60,794 bases of DNA, filler included, from Dimargaris cristalligena (GCA_003614675.1; 13 parts of 13 records of this genome joined end to end with filler, not necessarily neighbours in it), one strand, 5' to 3'. Positions 13,774 to 26,500 are shown, numbered from the whole stretch's first letter. Notes: a model not told the origin generated them from the letters alone. Numbers and translations are program-made.

Positions 13774-14048
13774 TGTGGTGAACTTACCACATTTTTTACT
13801 TACTTTTATTTTTTATCTATTTTTCGCACTTATCAGAAGTATGCCCCTGATGAGTGAATGGACCCCTGCCCCTACCCCTGATGAGTATAGTCATTTTTAC
13901 TCTATTTTTATTAGTTTAGTATTTTTTCTATTAGTATATTATATACCCTTGACTATGATGTACCCCTGCCCCTGGCCCAACTGCACCCCTATTCAAAGTA
14001 CAGTTAAAAATAGCTTTCTCCCTTTCCCTTTTTCCCTTCTATTATTTC
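13774..14048 (+). mobile_element. LTR-like family B 5' part; other copies at 23567-23656(-), 26900-27646, 28073-28157, 32769-32854 and a 3' end at 4507-4618(-)
   Basis: Conserved start TGTGGTGAACTTACCACATTTT; the longest copy ends ...TTCTTTACA (TG..CA); five contig ends fall in this repeat. Confidence 0.75.
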
Positions 14049-14148
14049 NNNNNNNNNNNNNNNNNNNNNNNNNNNNNNNNNNNNNNNNNNNNTTAATTAA
14101 TTAANNNNNNNNNNNNNNNNNNNNNNNNNNNNNNNNNNNNNNNNNNNN

Positions 14149-16377
14149 CAGCGGAGATGTGGGACGGGCCGCTACTGTGGCTGTGGTCGTTAAATTATCA
14201 ACCGATGCGAGTCCTACCCGCTGGCCCTGGGTAGAAGCAGCGACCTTCACTAAATGGTCGGCCTGCTGGTCCTCTAGGTGAAGGGAGCGGGTGTTGCGGC
14301 CTTGGCCAAAAAACCGGCGAATCTGGGACCCGGGGGAACGTTCAGGCGTAGCCGTACCCGATGATACCTCTGTAGGGGTTGATGAGGTACTGCCATTTTG
14401 GCTGCTTCCGCCTTGGTACACGGAGAATCGTGAGCGCCAGTTCTGTGGGGTGGGGACCTTCATACTAGTCGCCCGCTTCATATAGCCGGACAACTTGCTG
14501 CCCGATTTCGAGCCCACTGTAGATGAATTGGGGTTGGCTGCCGGGGCATTGCCGTCGGTATCGTTAGTCTCGCTAGGTGGCGCGTCGCTCTGAGCCCCGT
14601 TGAGTTGGGCTGCAAATTCGACCGAGGGTTTGTGGTTCAATATAGGCATGGGATCAGCCGATCGGTGGAAGGAGGTGAACAGGTCTCGGTTAGACCGGGA
14701 GAAGTCGCGACTTTGGGTGGCTTCCGACTGGGCCATGTGGGCCACCGAGCTGGTGCGCGAGGGAACGGCGGATGATACCTTACGACCGATGGGCTCCAGG
14801 ATAATGGCCTGTACCTTGCGATGGTGGAAATGTCCCCCGTTGAGCTGGGTGGCACTGGTTTCCGAATCCAGAAGGTATTGGATCAATTTAGTGCGTGGCA
14901 AATCATCGAGCCAGACCACGTCGAATGCGCCGTCATTAAGGCGGGCATGGGGGGAAATCAGCATATCGGATGCGATCCAGGGTACATTGGCGGCGGTAAC
15001 CTGGACAAAGGGGCCTTCGATGGTTTCCCAGGGAGCGGGCAATTTACCCGCCACAGGGAATACCACATCGGGGGCATGGTCCCCACTCGGCTGTGGCGTC
15101 AGTCCAGAGAGCGTCAAATAGGGGCTAGTATGGCCCCGGTGCTTACGGCGGGATTTCCGAGCCCGGGAACCCGGGCCGGCGGCCAGGTCCGTAGGGGACT
15201 GGGGCGACCTGGTGGAGGCGCTGGGTCCGGTAAACATATCGGCATTAAATGCGACCGCTTCTTCGTAATCAAAGTGGATTTCGGGGAGCGAGAACCGCGG
15301 GGGCACATCATGGAGGGCGGCGGGGATGGGGGTGGCCCCCTCCACCTGCCCATCCTCGGCCACGGGGGCCGGTAGGATATGCAGTCGGCCCTGGTACTTG
15401 CGCAGCTGCAATAGCCGAATAACCCCCCAGATATTCATGCGGAAGGAACCGGCCCAGCGTAGTTTTTCGGATTCGATGTCCACGTCGGCAATGAGGCCCC
15501 AAAGCATGTTGAGATGGCCGTAAATGACGCTGCCGTCGGGTCGGGACACGGCCATGACATCGGCCGCGTGGGTTCGACCCTTGATTGCGGCCAGGGTGGC
15601 CGCCTCGACGGAGTTCAGATCCAGCGATTTAGCCAGCCCATTACAAGTACCACAGGGGATAATACCAATGGGGGATTTGATGGCGTCCTGCCAGTCCAAG
15701 CGGGACATGATCCCGTTAATCAATTGGTGCAGCAGGCCGTCGCCGCTCAGGGTGACCACCGCCGCGTACTGTTTAAGATCCAGGCTCTGGCCGAATTCGT
15801 AGGCAAAATCGGCGTGGCTACTTTCCCGGAGCTCGGGTTCAATGCGGGCTAGGGCAAACATGGGCTTCACGATTCTCTCGTAGGCCTGCAGAGCCTTGTT
15901 GTTGCCCCCGTAGGGATTGGCCAACACGCATATCCGCCGAGTGGGCAAGGTGTCCCCGGCGCGGGCCCCGCGACTGGCGGCGGCGATATTATCGACCCAG
16001 TATTGGGCCTGATCTCTCGACTCGCAGCGGAACGTCCAGGGTTCGAACTGGGGTTTCTTACCCTTGTTCAGGGCGAGAGTAAACACGGTAAAGTGGGTGG
16101 ACGACTTGAGGTCCAGGAAGGGGAGCACATCGGCCAGAGACTTGAACTTGGACCGCTGGGGGGGACTGAGACTGGCGCCGAACACGGAATACAGCGGGAT
16201 GGTGACGATGGGCTGGGTGGAGACGGCGGCGGAGCGGCTGAGGAGCAGGGACTTGGAGCGGGTCTGGTCCTTGAAGAGGATCGAGTCTGTGGCCACGGAC
16301 AGCAGGCCGTGCAGCAGCCCCCCGGCCGAAAGGAAATCAACCTTGCCGGAGTGGAGCAGTAGATGGTTGTTGGTCAT
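14149..16377 (-). CDS. Sphingoid long-chain base kinase (Lcb4/Lcb5-like), 3' truncated
   Basis: DAGK-family motifs NPYGG, SGDGLLHQLING, IPCGTCNGLA, WGLIADVDIESEKLRWAG. Confidence 0.92.
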
Positions 16378-17539
16378 TTTGGCGGCGACTTGGTAAATGG
16401 GGCACTGTATATTCTATTAAGATTTATACCAAAGAGCATGGGTATGTCCCCATAGAGCAATAGTAGGAAAGGTGTCACAGGCGGAGGGGGGTGGGTCGTA
16501 AATAGTCCTAGGGCGACTCTGCGGGGAACTAAACTAAACGTGGAGCGGAAGAAGCCGGGAGCTCAGCCCGTACCAAAAAAAATCCACAAAAATAAAATAG
16601 CAGAGCAGTCGTGCAGTAGGATGAATGCAAACCGGCTGGCGGGAAACGAACGAGGAGGGGAATTAGGGCGAACAAACATACAAGAGTAAAACTATAGGGA
16701 GGTTGTTTAGAAGAGACCAGGTTGGCCGCTCGATAAAGCCGCACGGTGGTTAAAGAGCTCCAGAGCAAGTAAAGCACCCAAGGAGCATGCAAGGCCTAAA
16801 ATTCCCCTTGCGTGCGCCTAGCCGTCGCTTCTGGTTTTTTTCTGCGTGGGCGGCAACGAAGAGTGTGCTTGGGGGGAGAGGTGTGTGTTAGTAATAAGTA
16901 GAGGCAGTAAGTATAACTGTGGGTTCGTTTCCACTCTACTCCACTCCACTCCAGCCTGGCCTAGTCACAGTGTAAAGGAGAGCCATAGGGCGTCGCTCAC
17001 TTGTGGTGTGACTCAACTTCCGCAAATCACTGCTAAAGTGCTAGGGGTCGAGAGGTGAAGCGTTCCCTCCATTACTCTCCGCTTCAAGGAGTCGCAACCT
17101 CCTTCTCCACCCCCTGTCGTCTAATGCCAGCCTATTCGCTGTGCCAGCTAGCAGAGGAAGTCGATCCCGACTTCGAAGGTTACGTACGTCGTCAACCAAC
17201 AGGCAGTCGCTTGACAGACCAAATCTATATGGCTTCGCATTACCGGGCCCCAGGGGTCGATTCCCGGTGTGCGTTCCGACAACTATATTACGAGCCGTGG
17301 GCCGGTCAACCCAAAATTCAACATTTAACCCATGGCATTCGAAAGTGGAGTGAGGGCGAGGGTGAGACAGCTGAGTGGGGAGGATGATGATGAATGATAG
17401 GCCAGGTGAAGTTGACTTGTTTACCACACCGCCAGTTATTAGGCGCAACTGAAGCAATTAATAAACAGGAGAAGGGGGTGTGGAGGTTCGCTGCATCGAG
17501 CCAAGTTTGGCTTTATTGGCCATGATGCTAGAAACCATA

Positions 17540-17677
17540 CGGGAGAAGTTCATCCAAGCTGTATAACGAAAAATCCATTAGATTCAGCCAATATTACTAG
17601 TTAAAAATACATTTCCCATATATTTTCCCATACATGTATAATGTAAATCCTTATATAGCTGGGGCGAATTTCACCCA
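17540..17677. mobile_element. 138-bp MITE, second copy; partial third copy at 46833-46883
   Basis: Aligns end to end with 1358-1495, TA-flanked, starts CGGGAGAAGTTCA. Confidence 0.8.
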
Positions 17678-18862
17678 TATATACACTTTGTAATGATAAT
17701 TATAAATCTACTGATTGCTACGTTTACTGTCGTAATCTTTGGACTGGAGCTATACTCCATTTCTAGCATCTATTAGAGTAATTCGATAGTATATGGTACC
17801 TCAGTTAGCCTACTACAATGACCAGCCAGGTCAACTGACTCTCGACAGAAGTGCCAAGTTTTGATCTGATATATGACGATTTTGAGACCCGCTGCAGAAC
17901 AATAATTTAGGTGTATCTCCTGGCGCGCAAATCCATGCCAGGGGGTCAGGAGTTTTACTGCTGTTCCCACCATGCCAATGTTCGACTGCACTTTCTTTTC
18001 ACTAGTTCTTGCCTACATATAAAATTCCGAGGCCAACCTACTAAGCTGAAAAACATGTAATCCGGTTTAATACACTCTATTGGTTGTATAACCTACCCGC
18101 TACAGCTCCTTACTAGACATTTTATAGCTCTGTTTTTCGGTATCCCTTTTGGTCATGACTGCTCTCCCTATACTTCACTCGGTGCCCAGTTCTACACTTT
18201 GGACTACTGAAGCACACAATGTACCTCATTAGGTACCCTATTTGGTTGGGCCAGGGCTATTTCCGAAGCACCCAGGCCGGGTTTGAGAGACAGGCCAAGC
18301 ATTTTGAGCCCCATGCGCTGGATGTGTCACTAGTTGGGAAAGTGGCAGTGGTTACTGGTAAGTCATTGCCCATTACATTCCCCAGTGGGTAAATGGCAAA
18401 GTGTTTTGCTGCCTACTTTTTCCAGGGCACATTCCGTATAGACTGGTGGGAGTACCGCAAGGATAACAAGTACTATACAGAGCCACTTATTGCGCTAGTT
18501 GGGTTGTTTAGCCCATTGCTCTAAAACTCTAAGTCTTATTTTGTAAATGTTGTCATTGGACATAGGAGCAAACAGTGGCCTGGGAAAGGCCACTGCCCTA
18601 TCCTTACTAACCAAAGGTAAGTCGTATACAGTAGGCAATGGTGTGTTATTATCACCCATGATCTTCCTTGAGTTGGCCAAAAAACTACTCAAGGAATTAC
18701 TTCCGTGGTGGGCAGACTGTCCCTTATGCTATACCCATCCCGACCATATAGTCCTCATTTCANNNNNNNNNNNNNNNNNNNNNNNNNNNNNNNNNNNNNN
18801 NNNNNNTTAATTAATTAANNNNNNNNNNNNNNNNNNNNNNNNNNNNNNNNNNNNNNNNNNNN

Positions 18863-18904
18863 TTCGAAGTTATTATGTTATGGGTTCGAGTCCCATAGGA
18901 TGTT
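18863..18904 (+). tRNA. trnR: Mitochondrial-type tRNA-Arg(TCG), 3' half cut by contig edge
   Basis: TTCGAA anticodon loop remnant, T arm ATGGG-TTCGAGT-CCCAT. Confidence 0.6.
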
Positions 18905-18920
18905 AAAAAAAAATTATTTA

Positions 18921-18997
18921 AGTCTTGGAAGGCCCTACGGGCCTGGAGCATGAGACTGAAAATCTTGAAATAATGGTTTAATTCCATTATTTTTCTA
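18921..18997 (+). pseudogene. trnF: Degenerate mitochondrial tRNA-Phe(GAA)
   Basis: GAGCA TGAGA-CTGAAAA-TCTTG, T arm AATGG-TTTAATT-CCATT; D region replaced by GC hairpin AGGCCCTACGGGCCT; no acceptor pairing. Confidence 0.7.
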
Positions 18998-19199
18998 AAT
19001 ATTTTAACATTTCTACATATTTTAATATTTAATAACTTTGTTGTTTATTTTTTTTTTAGTGAAAAATAAATTTTAATACTTCTCCTAGGATATTTTTAAA
19101 TTGATATCTTCATGCGGTGAGCCATGTAAGTATCTTATCTTTCGAATATAAGATACATGTACATGTGTTTTTTAAAAACGCACATGTGCGTGTTTCGAT

Positions 19200-20362
19200 T
19201 GGTTATTGGATTATTTAAAGAACGTAATTTATATTTAATTTGTTATTGAATTATATTTTATTTATTTTCGATTATCGGATTATTTAAAAAATCGAAAAAG
19301 ATATACATATCTTTTTTAAAAACAACACATATATGTGTTGCTTTCGATATTTTTTATATTTTGGAATCGTATTTCATTTTTAATTTTATTATATTTTTTT
19401 TTTCTTTCGTTAAATTCATATTATTTTATATTATTTAATACAGAGATAAGTTTATATAATGATTGTGAGATTTATTTTTTTTCTATTTTTTTTATTTCGT
19501 GATTTAGACATTCACGTTCTTATTCTACAATGGATTCAGGAATAGATTTAGAAATGGAGTCGGAAAAGGAATGGGTATTAAATTTTAATCTCAATATTCA
19601 ATGGTTCGCTTTGGATAAAAAGGGGTTTATTTTTAACTCCCAAGCTTCTCTTGAAAAAAAATTTGTTGTTTATATATATTAATTAAACTCTAACGAGGAA
19701 GTATATGTTGGTTCTTCTAACAATTTTTATAGTAAATTTCATAAATATCGAACTCTCATCAAGAGTGGTAGTATTGATTGTTCTATCTTCTATTATTCTG
19801 TTCGAAAATATGGATAGAATAATTTTAAATTTGCCCGAGGTATCTTGGAATCAAAGATGCAGCTATAGCTGCATCTTTAAAATTTATTAAAAATTAATTT
19901 CGATAAATTTAGAATAACAACCAAGGGGTTGTTATAATAAGAGTGAAAATTTCACAAAAATAAAAAAAGAAATTCGAATTTCTCGCTTATAGCGTAAAAT
20001 TTAAAAATAATTATTATTATTTTCGTCTTAAAAGAGAACAATTTTACTTAGATTTATTTTTACCTTCTTTAAATGTTAATAAAATTGCTAGATCTTCATT
20101 AGGATAAAAATATAGTGAAGAGAGTAAGGAAAAAATGAGTCTCGTTTTAAAAAGTGAAAAAAATCATATGTTTGGTTAAATTCGTTCTGAGGAAATCAAA
20201 TTAAAATTAAGTGAAGTTAATGGTACAAAAATTTATTTATTCGCATTTTTTTTATTATAAAAAAAAATGTTTTTAATACAAATTTTTCCTTTCGTTAAAA
20301 AAGCTGCTAAATTTTTTAAATCTATAAATGTTACAATTATTAAATATGTTAAATCAGGTTGA
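19200..20362 (+). pseudogene. GIY-YIG homing endonuclease pseudogene 1 (GIY-YIG + NUMOD3 + NUMOD1)
   Basis: Hand translation: VVYIY*LNSNEEVYVGSSNN..FYYSVRKYG*NNFKF..REQFYLDLFLPSLNVNKIARSSLG*KYSEESKEKMS..KNHMFG..SEEIKLKLS..IQIFPFVKKAAKFF; stops and hairpin insertions; 5' limit approximate. Confidence 0.88.
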
Positions 20363-20638
20363 AAAAAAATATTTTTTTTTCAGGAGATCTATACAATATT
20401 TTTTTCCATCAGTAAAAAAAGGGAATTATTATCTTAATTTAACATCTTTTATTTACGTATGCATTTTAATTCATTTTTAAGATACATAATTCTTTTTTAT
20501 TTCTTTTTTTATTACTTCCTTTCCAAAATCCCTCTCCCCTCCCCTTTGGAGTAAGCTTTCATTATGATTTTTAATATTACTTCTTAATATAGCAAATTTT
20601 TTTTTATATAAAAAAAAAAAATTGTTTTTTCGATTTTT

Positions 20639-20709
20639 GCTTCGGTAGCTTAACGGTAAAGCATAGGGCTGAAAACCTTGTGAAAGTGGTTCGATTCCAC
20701 TCTGAAGCA
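20639..20709 (+). tRNA. trnF: Mitochondrial-type tRNA-Phe(GAA), intact
   Basis: Acceptor GCTTCGG/CTGAAGC, anticodon arm TAGGG-CTGAAAA-CCTTG, T arm AGTGG-TTCGATT-CCACT. Confidence 0.95.
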
Positions 20710-20714
20710 TTTTT

Positions 20715-20751
20715 GGATAGATGGTAGAGTCCGGTTTATTGTATCTAACTT
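20715..20751 (+). pseudogene. trnS: 5' half of a tRNA-Ser, ending at the anticodon loop
   Basis: GGATAGATGGTAGAGTCCGGTTTATTGTATCTAACTT aligns with the first 37 nt of the intact trnS at 22855. Confidence 0.75.
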
Positions 20752-21323
20752 TTTATTTATGCTTATAGCTATATAATTATTTAAGTGTCGAAAGCAATAT
20801 ATTTATGTGTTGTTTTTAAAATTTCGAATTTTGTGTTAACAAAATTTAAATTTGTTTTACAACAAATTCGATAAATAAGACCCGAAGGGTTTGTTTACAT
20901 GTATAAATAATTTATCGTTGACTTCCTACTTCCTTTCCCATTCTTTTACTTCGCTATTTATTCTATTTTTAAATGAATTTTCTTAACAATTTTATTATCA
21001 ATTAAAAATTGACTTTAAGATTCAAAAAAAAAATTTTTTTATTTTAAATTATTTATAGTGTATTCTTGTAATTATAACAGGTAGATTTATTTAATTAATT
21101 TTATAATCTCTAATTTTTTTAAGTTAAAATTCTTTGGGAGTTAAATAAAAAATCATAAGTCATGTAATGATTTTTTTTTCTTTTAAGTTTAATCTGGAAT
21201 TTTAAACTTGGATGCCAAATAGTTAATACCTTTACGTGGTCGATTATATAAATAAGTTAAAATGTAATAATACTTTAGCATAAAGTTACTATAACTGAAA
21301 CTAAATTTGATAGTAATGTATAA

Positions 21324-22610
21324 TTGTTAAACTTAAATTTTTTTTTTATGTTGGCTATCGGATTATTTAAAAAAGAAATATCTAAAAGATATTTCTTTTG
21401 GAATCATATAATACCTGTATTGGAATCAACACTTTTAGTATTTTTTTCTTGTATACTTTTATTTAATTATAATTTTATGCTTGAGATAAATTTATATAAT
21501 GATTTATTTTCTCTTCTTTTCATTTCTTGATTTGGGCATTCGTATTCTACTACTTCAGAGTCTCAATCTTCTGATTCGAACCTGAACCTTCGGTAGAATA
21601 TTCAATGGTTTGCTTTAGATAAAAATGGATTTATCAGAGATTCTAATAAGTCTCTTTAAAATAAAGCGGCTGTATATATTTATCAATTTCTTTTAAATGA
21701 TGATAAAATTTCGAAATAAGACATATGTATATGTGTTTTTTAAATATAATATATTTATATTATATTCGATAAGGTCTGCTTCGAATTTATTGCGAAGATT
21801 TGATCAACATAGAAGTTGAGTAAATAAAGAAGATTCTACTTGTCCGAAACTCTGTACTATAGTACGAGAATTTGGATGGAAACAATCGAAGATTGTTCCG
21901 AGATGTCTTTAAATCGAAGATGCAACTATAGCTGCATCTTTTAAATTTATTAAAAATAAATTTCGATTGATTTTGATTTACATTCAGAGGAAAAGATTAA
22001 TACAAATAAAGATATTATATTATTTATATTTATTCTTACCTTCTCTAAATGTTAATTAAATCGCTGGTTCAATGCTTGGTCCAAATTTAAATAAATATTT
22101 AAATTTTATTAAAATAAAATTCGAAATATTCCCTTGAGTCTAGAATAAAAAGGAGTGAGAATTTGAGAGGTGAGAATCATAGTATGTTTAGTAAAACTCA
22201 CTTAGAGGAATCCAAATTAAAAATGAGTATAGCTAAAGGTTTCACTATTTATCTTTATTCTTTGGATTTAAATTTAATTCAAATTTTTCTATCTTTAAAA
22301 GCTGCCGTTCAACACTTTGGTAGCAATAGTTGAACAATTCTTTAACATACCAAATTCGGTGAAAAAAAATTTAATTTAATAAGATTTAAATTTCACATCT
22401 TTAGATGTTTTATTTAAAATTTTATTAACATAAAATTTGATTTTATCCTTGAAGCCCCTTGAATCTGGATTTTAGCTTATTTTAAAGGTCAGACAGCTTT
22501 GCTGTCTCGCCTTAACTATTTATGTTTATTCATTAGATCAAAAATTACTCTATACTTTTCCTACTTTAGCAAAGGCAACAGAGCATTTTAATGTAAGTAC
22601 TCTTATTAGC
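21324..22610 (+). pseudogene. GIY-YIG homing endonuclease pseudogene 2, paralog of copy 1, with two NUMOD1-like repeats
   Basis: NIQWFALDKNGFI..AAVYIYQFL..SASNLLRRFDQHR..VREFGWK..LPSLNVN*IAGSMLG..GENHSMFSKTHLEESKLKMSIAKG..TIYLYSLD..TIYVYSLDQKLLYTFPTLAKATEHFNVS. Confidence 0.88.
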
Positions 22611-22854
22611 AGCACCTGCGGTGCTTCTCGCTAGATTTAATAATGTTTTTCAAAATAAATTTATTTTCGAAAGACACATGTATATGTGTTTTTTAAAAAC
22701 AACACATATATGTGTTGTTTTCGATTTATAAGCTTTAGATGGAAATTCTTAAAATCCTCAAAACTCATAGGTTCTTTTTTTCATTGACCCTTGAATTTTT
22801 GAGTGGTTTATAACTTTTTTTGATTTTTGGAATTGTATTATTTATTTCCCTCTT

Positions 22855-22941
22855 GGATAGATGACAGAGCTAGGTTTATTGTGTCTTACTTGAAATAAGA
22901 TGATGTTTTTACATCCGGGAGTTCGAATCTCCCTCTATCCG
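22855..22941 (+). tRNA. trnS: Mitochondrial-type tRNA-Ser(TGA), intact
   Basis: Acceptor GGATAGA/TCTATCC, anticodon arm TCTTA-CTTGAAA-TAAGA, long variable arm, GGGAG-TTCGAAT-CTCCC. Confidence 0.95.
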
Positions 22942-23159
22942 TTATTTATTTAATATAGTTATTCTTCCAGGTACATACATAAGTATAATAAAAATAAATA
23001 AATTGAAAAAAAAAATATATATTAAGTAATTTAATTCTGGTACTATAATGGAATTTGTGAGTTATGCTATACATATAAAATTTTATAAAAAAAAAATTCG
23101 AAAACAACACATTTATGTGTTGTTTTTAAAATAAATAATTATATTTATTTCGATTTTGA

Positions 23160-23205
23160 CCTCTTTAGGTAAATACATGCGGGAGTTCAAATCTCCCTCG
23201 GGCTT
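23160..23205 (+). pseudogene. 3' relic of a tRNA, possibly Leu(TAG)
   Basis: T arm GGGAG-TTCAAAT-CTCCC with upstream TTAGG; no matching 5' half seen. Confidence 0.4.
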
Positions 23206-23396
23206 CCGGCATCTGAAATAAATTTAAATCTATTATCTAATTAATTTTTATAATTTAATATTTTTATTTAAATTTTTATAAAAGTTTTATATTATATCTT
23301 TTTAAAAAATATCTCCATATAGATGTTTTTTTATTTTTATTTTATAATTTTTTATAAATTTTTAAATATGTATTTTTTAATTTTTTTAAGAGGTAT

Positions 23397-23466
23397 GACC
23401 TCTTCATCTAGTGGTTAGGATGGTATCTTTTCACGATACATACGCTGGTTCAAATCCAGTAGGGGT
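23397..23466 (+). tRNA. trnE: Mitochondrial-type tRNA-Glu(TTC), last bases cut by contig edge
   Basis: GACCTCT..AGGGGT acceptor, anticodon arm GTATC-TTTTCAC-GATAC, GCTGG-TTCAAAT-CCAGT. Confidence 0.92.
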
Positions 23467-23571
23467 NNNNNNNNNNNNNNNNNNNNNNNNNNNNNNNNNN
23501 NNNNNNNNNNTTAATTAATTAANNNNNNNNNNNNNNNNNNNNNNNNNNNNNNNNNNNNNNNNNNNNGCTCA

Positions 23572-26500
23572 TTCACTCGTCAGGGGCATACTTCCGATAA
23601 GTGCGAAAAATAGATAAAAAATAAAAGTAGGTAAAAAATGTGGTAAGTTCACCACAGACAGTACACATGTTTGTAAACAATCCATAGTATTGCACACCTA
23701 CATGCCTATGAAATCTGGCTTATCACTTTTCAGTGATGCTGACACAGTTTTGAGGGTAGCTCCAGACACATAATCCACCTCAATGATAATTCCATTGTCA
23801 GTTAATTTGCATGCTCAGATGGCCCATGGGACTGGGACACCCACTGAGTGAGCCACATCTATCATAAGAGTTTCATGGTGTATCACTCAGAAACCTTTCT
23901 AAACCACCATACTACTATTAGATAATAGCACAGTTAAGTCCAACTACTTGGCAAGTATGGTGGTATATTCCTACATGGGTGAGATTTTAATTCACAGATA
24001 CAGACAAAGCTATCTCTGTATTTGTATTAACTAGTCATTTATACTTCCATTATACATTCATTAAATAATTGAAAAGTGCAGTTGTAAAGAACTGAAGTCA
24101 AATCCTTAAAAACTGAATTTTATTTGAAAAAATAGATAATAAGAAGGGAAAGGTAATGATAGACTTGCTGTTCCAAGAGGTAGCAGTAAGGGGGAATATG
24201 TTGGAATACTAAGGACTTAAAGGAAATAAAACTGGAAGTAAGGGAAGAAAGCAGCTAGAGGACAGTAGGTACCTCTAGGTAGTTAGTTTTATTGAACTTT
24301 AATTTTCTGTGGGGTGAAATATAAGTGGCTAACATGAATGATCTCATAATAATATAATAAACTAATGTAATTAGATGAAAATAGGATAGGATAAAGAACA
24401 CATAGGAACATATTCTTTAACAGAATATTTATACTCAAAAGGGGAAGCCTATCCCCGAGACTCTTGACGGACTAAGAGTGGTTAATTTGGGTGACAGTCA
24501 GAAAAATATAAACAGTGGCTCCGGGTCTTTTGGGATTACCCGATCCATGACCCCCCAGTACAAGGGAGATGAGGGCCAACCACCAAATGGCTCTCATGAC
24601 TGGTAAATATTTTTTTCTATATAATTATGTTTTTTATATCAATCAGTTGTTTCCAAAGCAGTAGGAATTGTCACTGCTTTTATAGAGTGGCCGCAATGCA
24701 TACTATTTACATGCCTGTCCCCGTAAGATTGAAATACTATTATGTTGCATAAATGTGGCACCATATTATATTTAATAAAGGATTGGGATAGTGGATATCA
24801 CAATGTGGCAACTCTTAGATGGGAAACCGCCACATTGACTAAATGGACATCCCTCTGCTTTAATTACACATTTCGGGGGATTCGAAAAATAGGGGGTGGC
24901 ATATTTTTCTTAATATACTAACCACATTTAAACTGTATTGTTAATATTAAAAATTTCCTATTATCATATAGAACGATCCTATTCTAGGGAGGGTAATGGG
25001 TGACTTTTTAGGAATGGGATAAGACCCACCACACTCTGGCGCCTGATTGGCCCTCCCCATATGCCCCAATGACTACAGCCCCAAACCAACTATCCCCTCA
25101 CAAATCGGCCTTTACTCAATGGGTTGGCAATATAATGGTCACATAGTACATCTTCCTACCTGCTGCTAACATCTTTGATGAAGTCCTTTTTGCCAAGCCC
25201 ACCATCGAGTACTTAATATACATTTGGGTGGTAGAGTATTTAAGAGCTTTCTATGATCGTGTTCCTTTGCCTAGCAATTGTACCTGTTTATTTTTACATT
25301 AATTGTCTTGTAATAAGGATTGTCTTGAACTGCCTCCACTTTAAATCATTATATATTATGATTTTCCAGAAGTACTTTTCCCAATTATTTTCTTCACCAT
25401 CTCTATCTTATCATCAATGTCTTGTTTAAGCCACTGTCAGCCCTTCTAATCTGACTTAATCCCAGTGTAGTGATCGTCTGTTCTGACTAGGCCATATAGC
25501 ACCATATGTAACTTCCCATAGTCTCCCCCTGGTACTATGGGATCCTTCTATATTATATAACCCCTCCCCTTCCAGACTCCGTCTCTTCACACTAATCACT
25601 CAATTGGTAATCTAAAGACTCATCCAGTTACTATTAGAATCTTCTAGGTCCTCATGGCTATCCAGTTGGCTTATTCCTTGTATTATCAATCTTAAGAGTA
25701 CCTTCCCCTGGGGACCTCCCTCTGGAGTTGTCCCCCACATATATATAACTGAGCCCTATTGGGACTGGTTAGTTTGTTTAGCTGATTCCTACCCCCTAGT
25801 TTACCCCAATAAACTTTATATATGCCCACCCCCTTATATTGACTAGTAAGTATGCTACTACATATCCCTTACATAATCCCATTGCCTATGCCTTTATTAG
25901 TTAGTACTATGCCCATACCTGATGCTAGTAGCCCACTTGACTGAGTCTAGGCCCCACCTACTATTAGAAGCCTATCCCCGAGACTCTTGATGGACTAAGA
26001 GTGGCTAACTTGGGTAACAGAGTGTAAAAAATAAATTATATTTTTGTATACAGCTGTAGTATAGGCAGTGAATTTAATGAGAGAACAGCAGGAATGATAC
26101 TTCTGGTGTATATCATGGCTTTTTCCACCCTCCATTTATGCAGACTGGCTATTCATAGTCTGAGGGTAAGTATCAACTGCCAGATAGTACTACATATACT
26201 CAAATGGCCCTTAGAGGCTGCTGGATTGTAAGGATGGTGCCAAAAAGAACCAGTATAGAATAGGGGTAATTAGAACTATCTGGAATAAAGCCCGGCTTTA
26301 AGATATAAGCTTACAATGTGATGGACTATCTAATCTACCCTAATCCAGACACCTTAGTGTCCATCCCTATTAGGCCTTATAGTACCATATTAACCTTCCC
26401 ATAGTCACTACTAGTACTATGGGATCACCCTATACTATATAAACTTTCCCTTCCAGACTTTATCTCTTTATACTAATCACTCAAGTGCTGATCCAAAGAC

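Larger units (their letters stand above)
19142..23153. repeat. Dispersed AT-rich double-hairpin elements (40-60 bp) bounded by TCGA
   Basis: Copies at 19142-19198, 19292-19347, 19851-19903, 20788-20827, 20824-20871, 21711-21769, 21914-21966, 22667-22724, 23098-23153; most follow TCGA-hairpin-TTTAAA-hairpin-TCGA. Confidence 0.85.

Noticed and set aside
18921-18997. tRNA rescued by 5' editing
   Set aside because: Damage covers the D arm and the whole acceptor stem, and an intact trnF lies downstream
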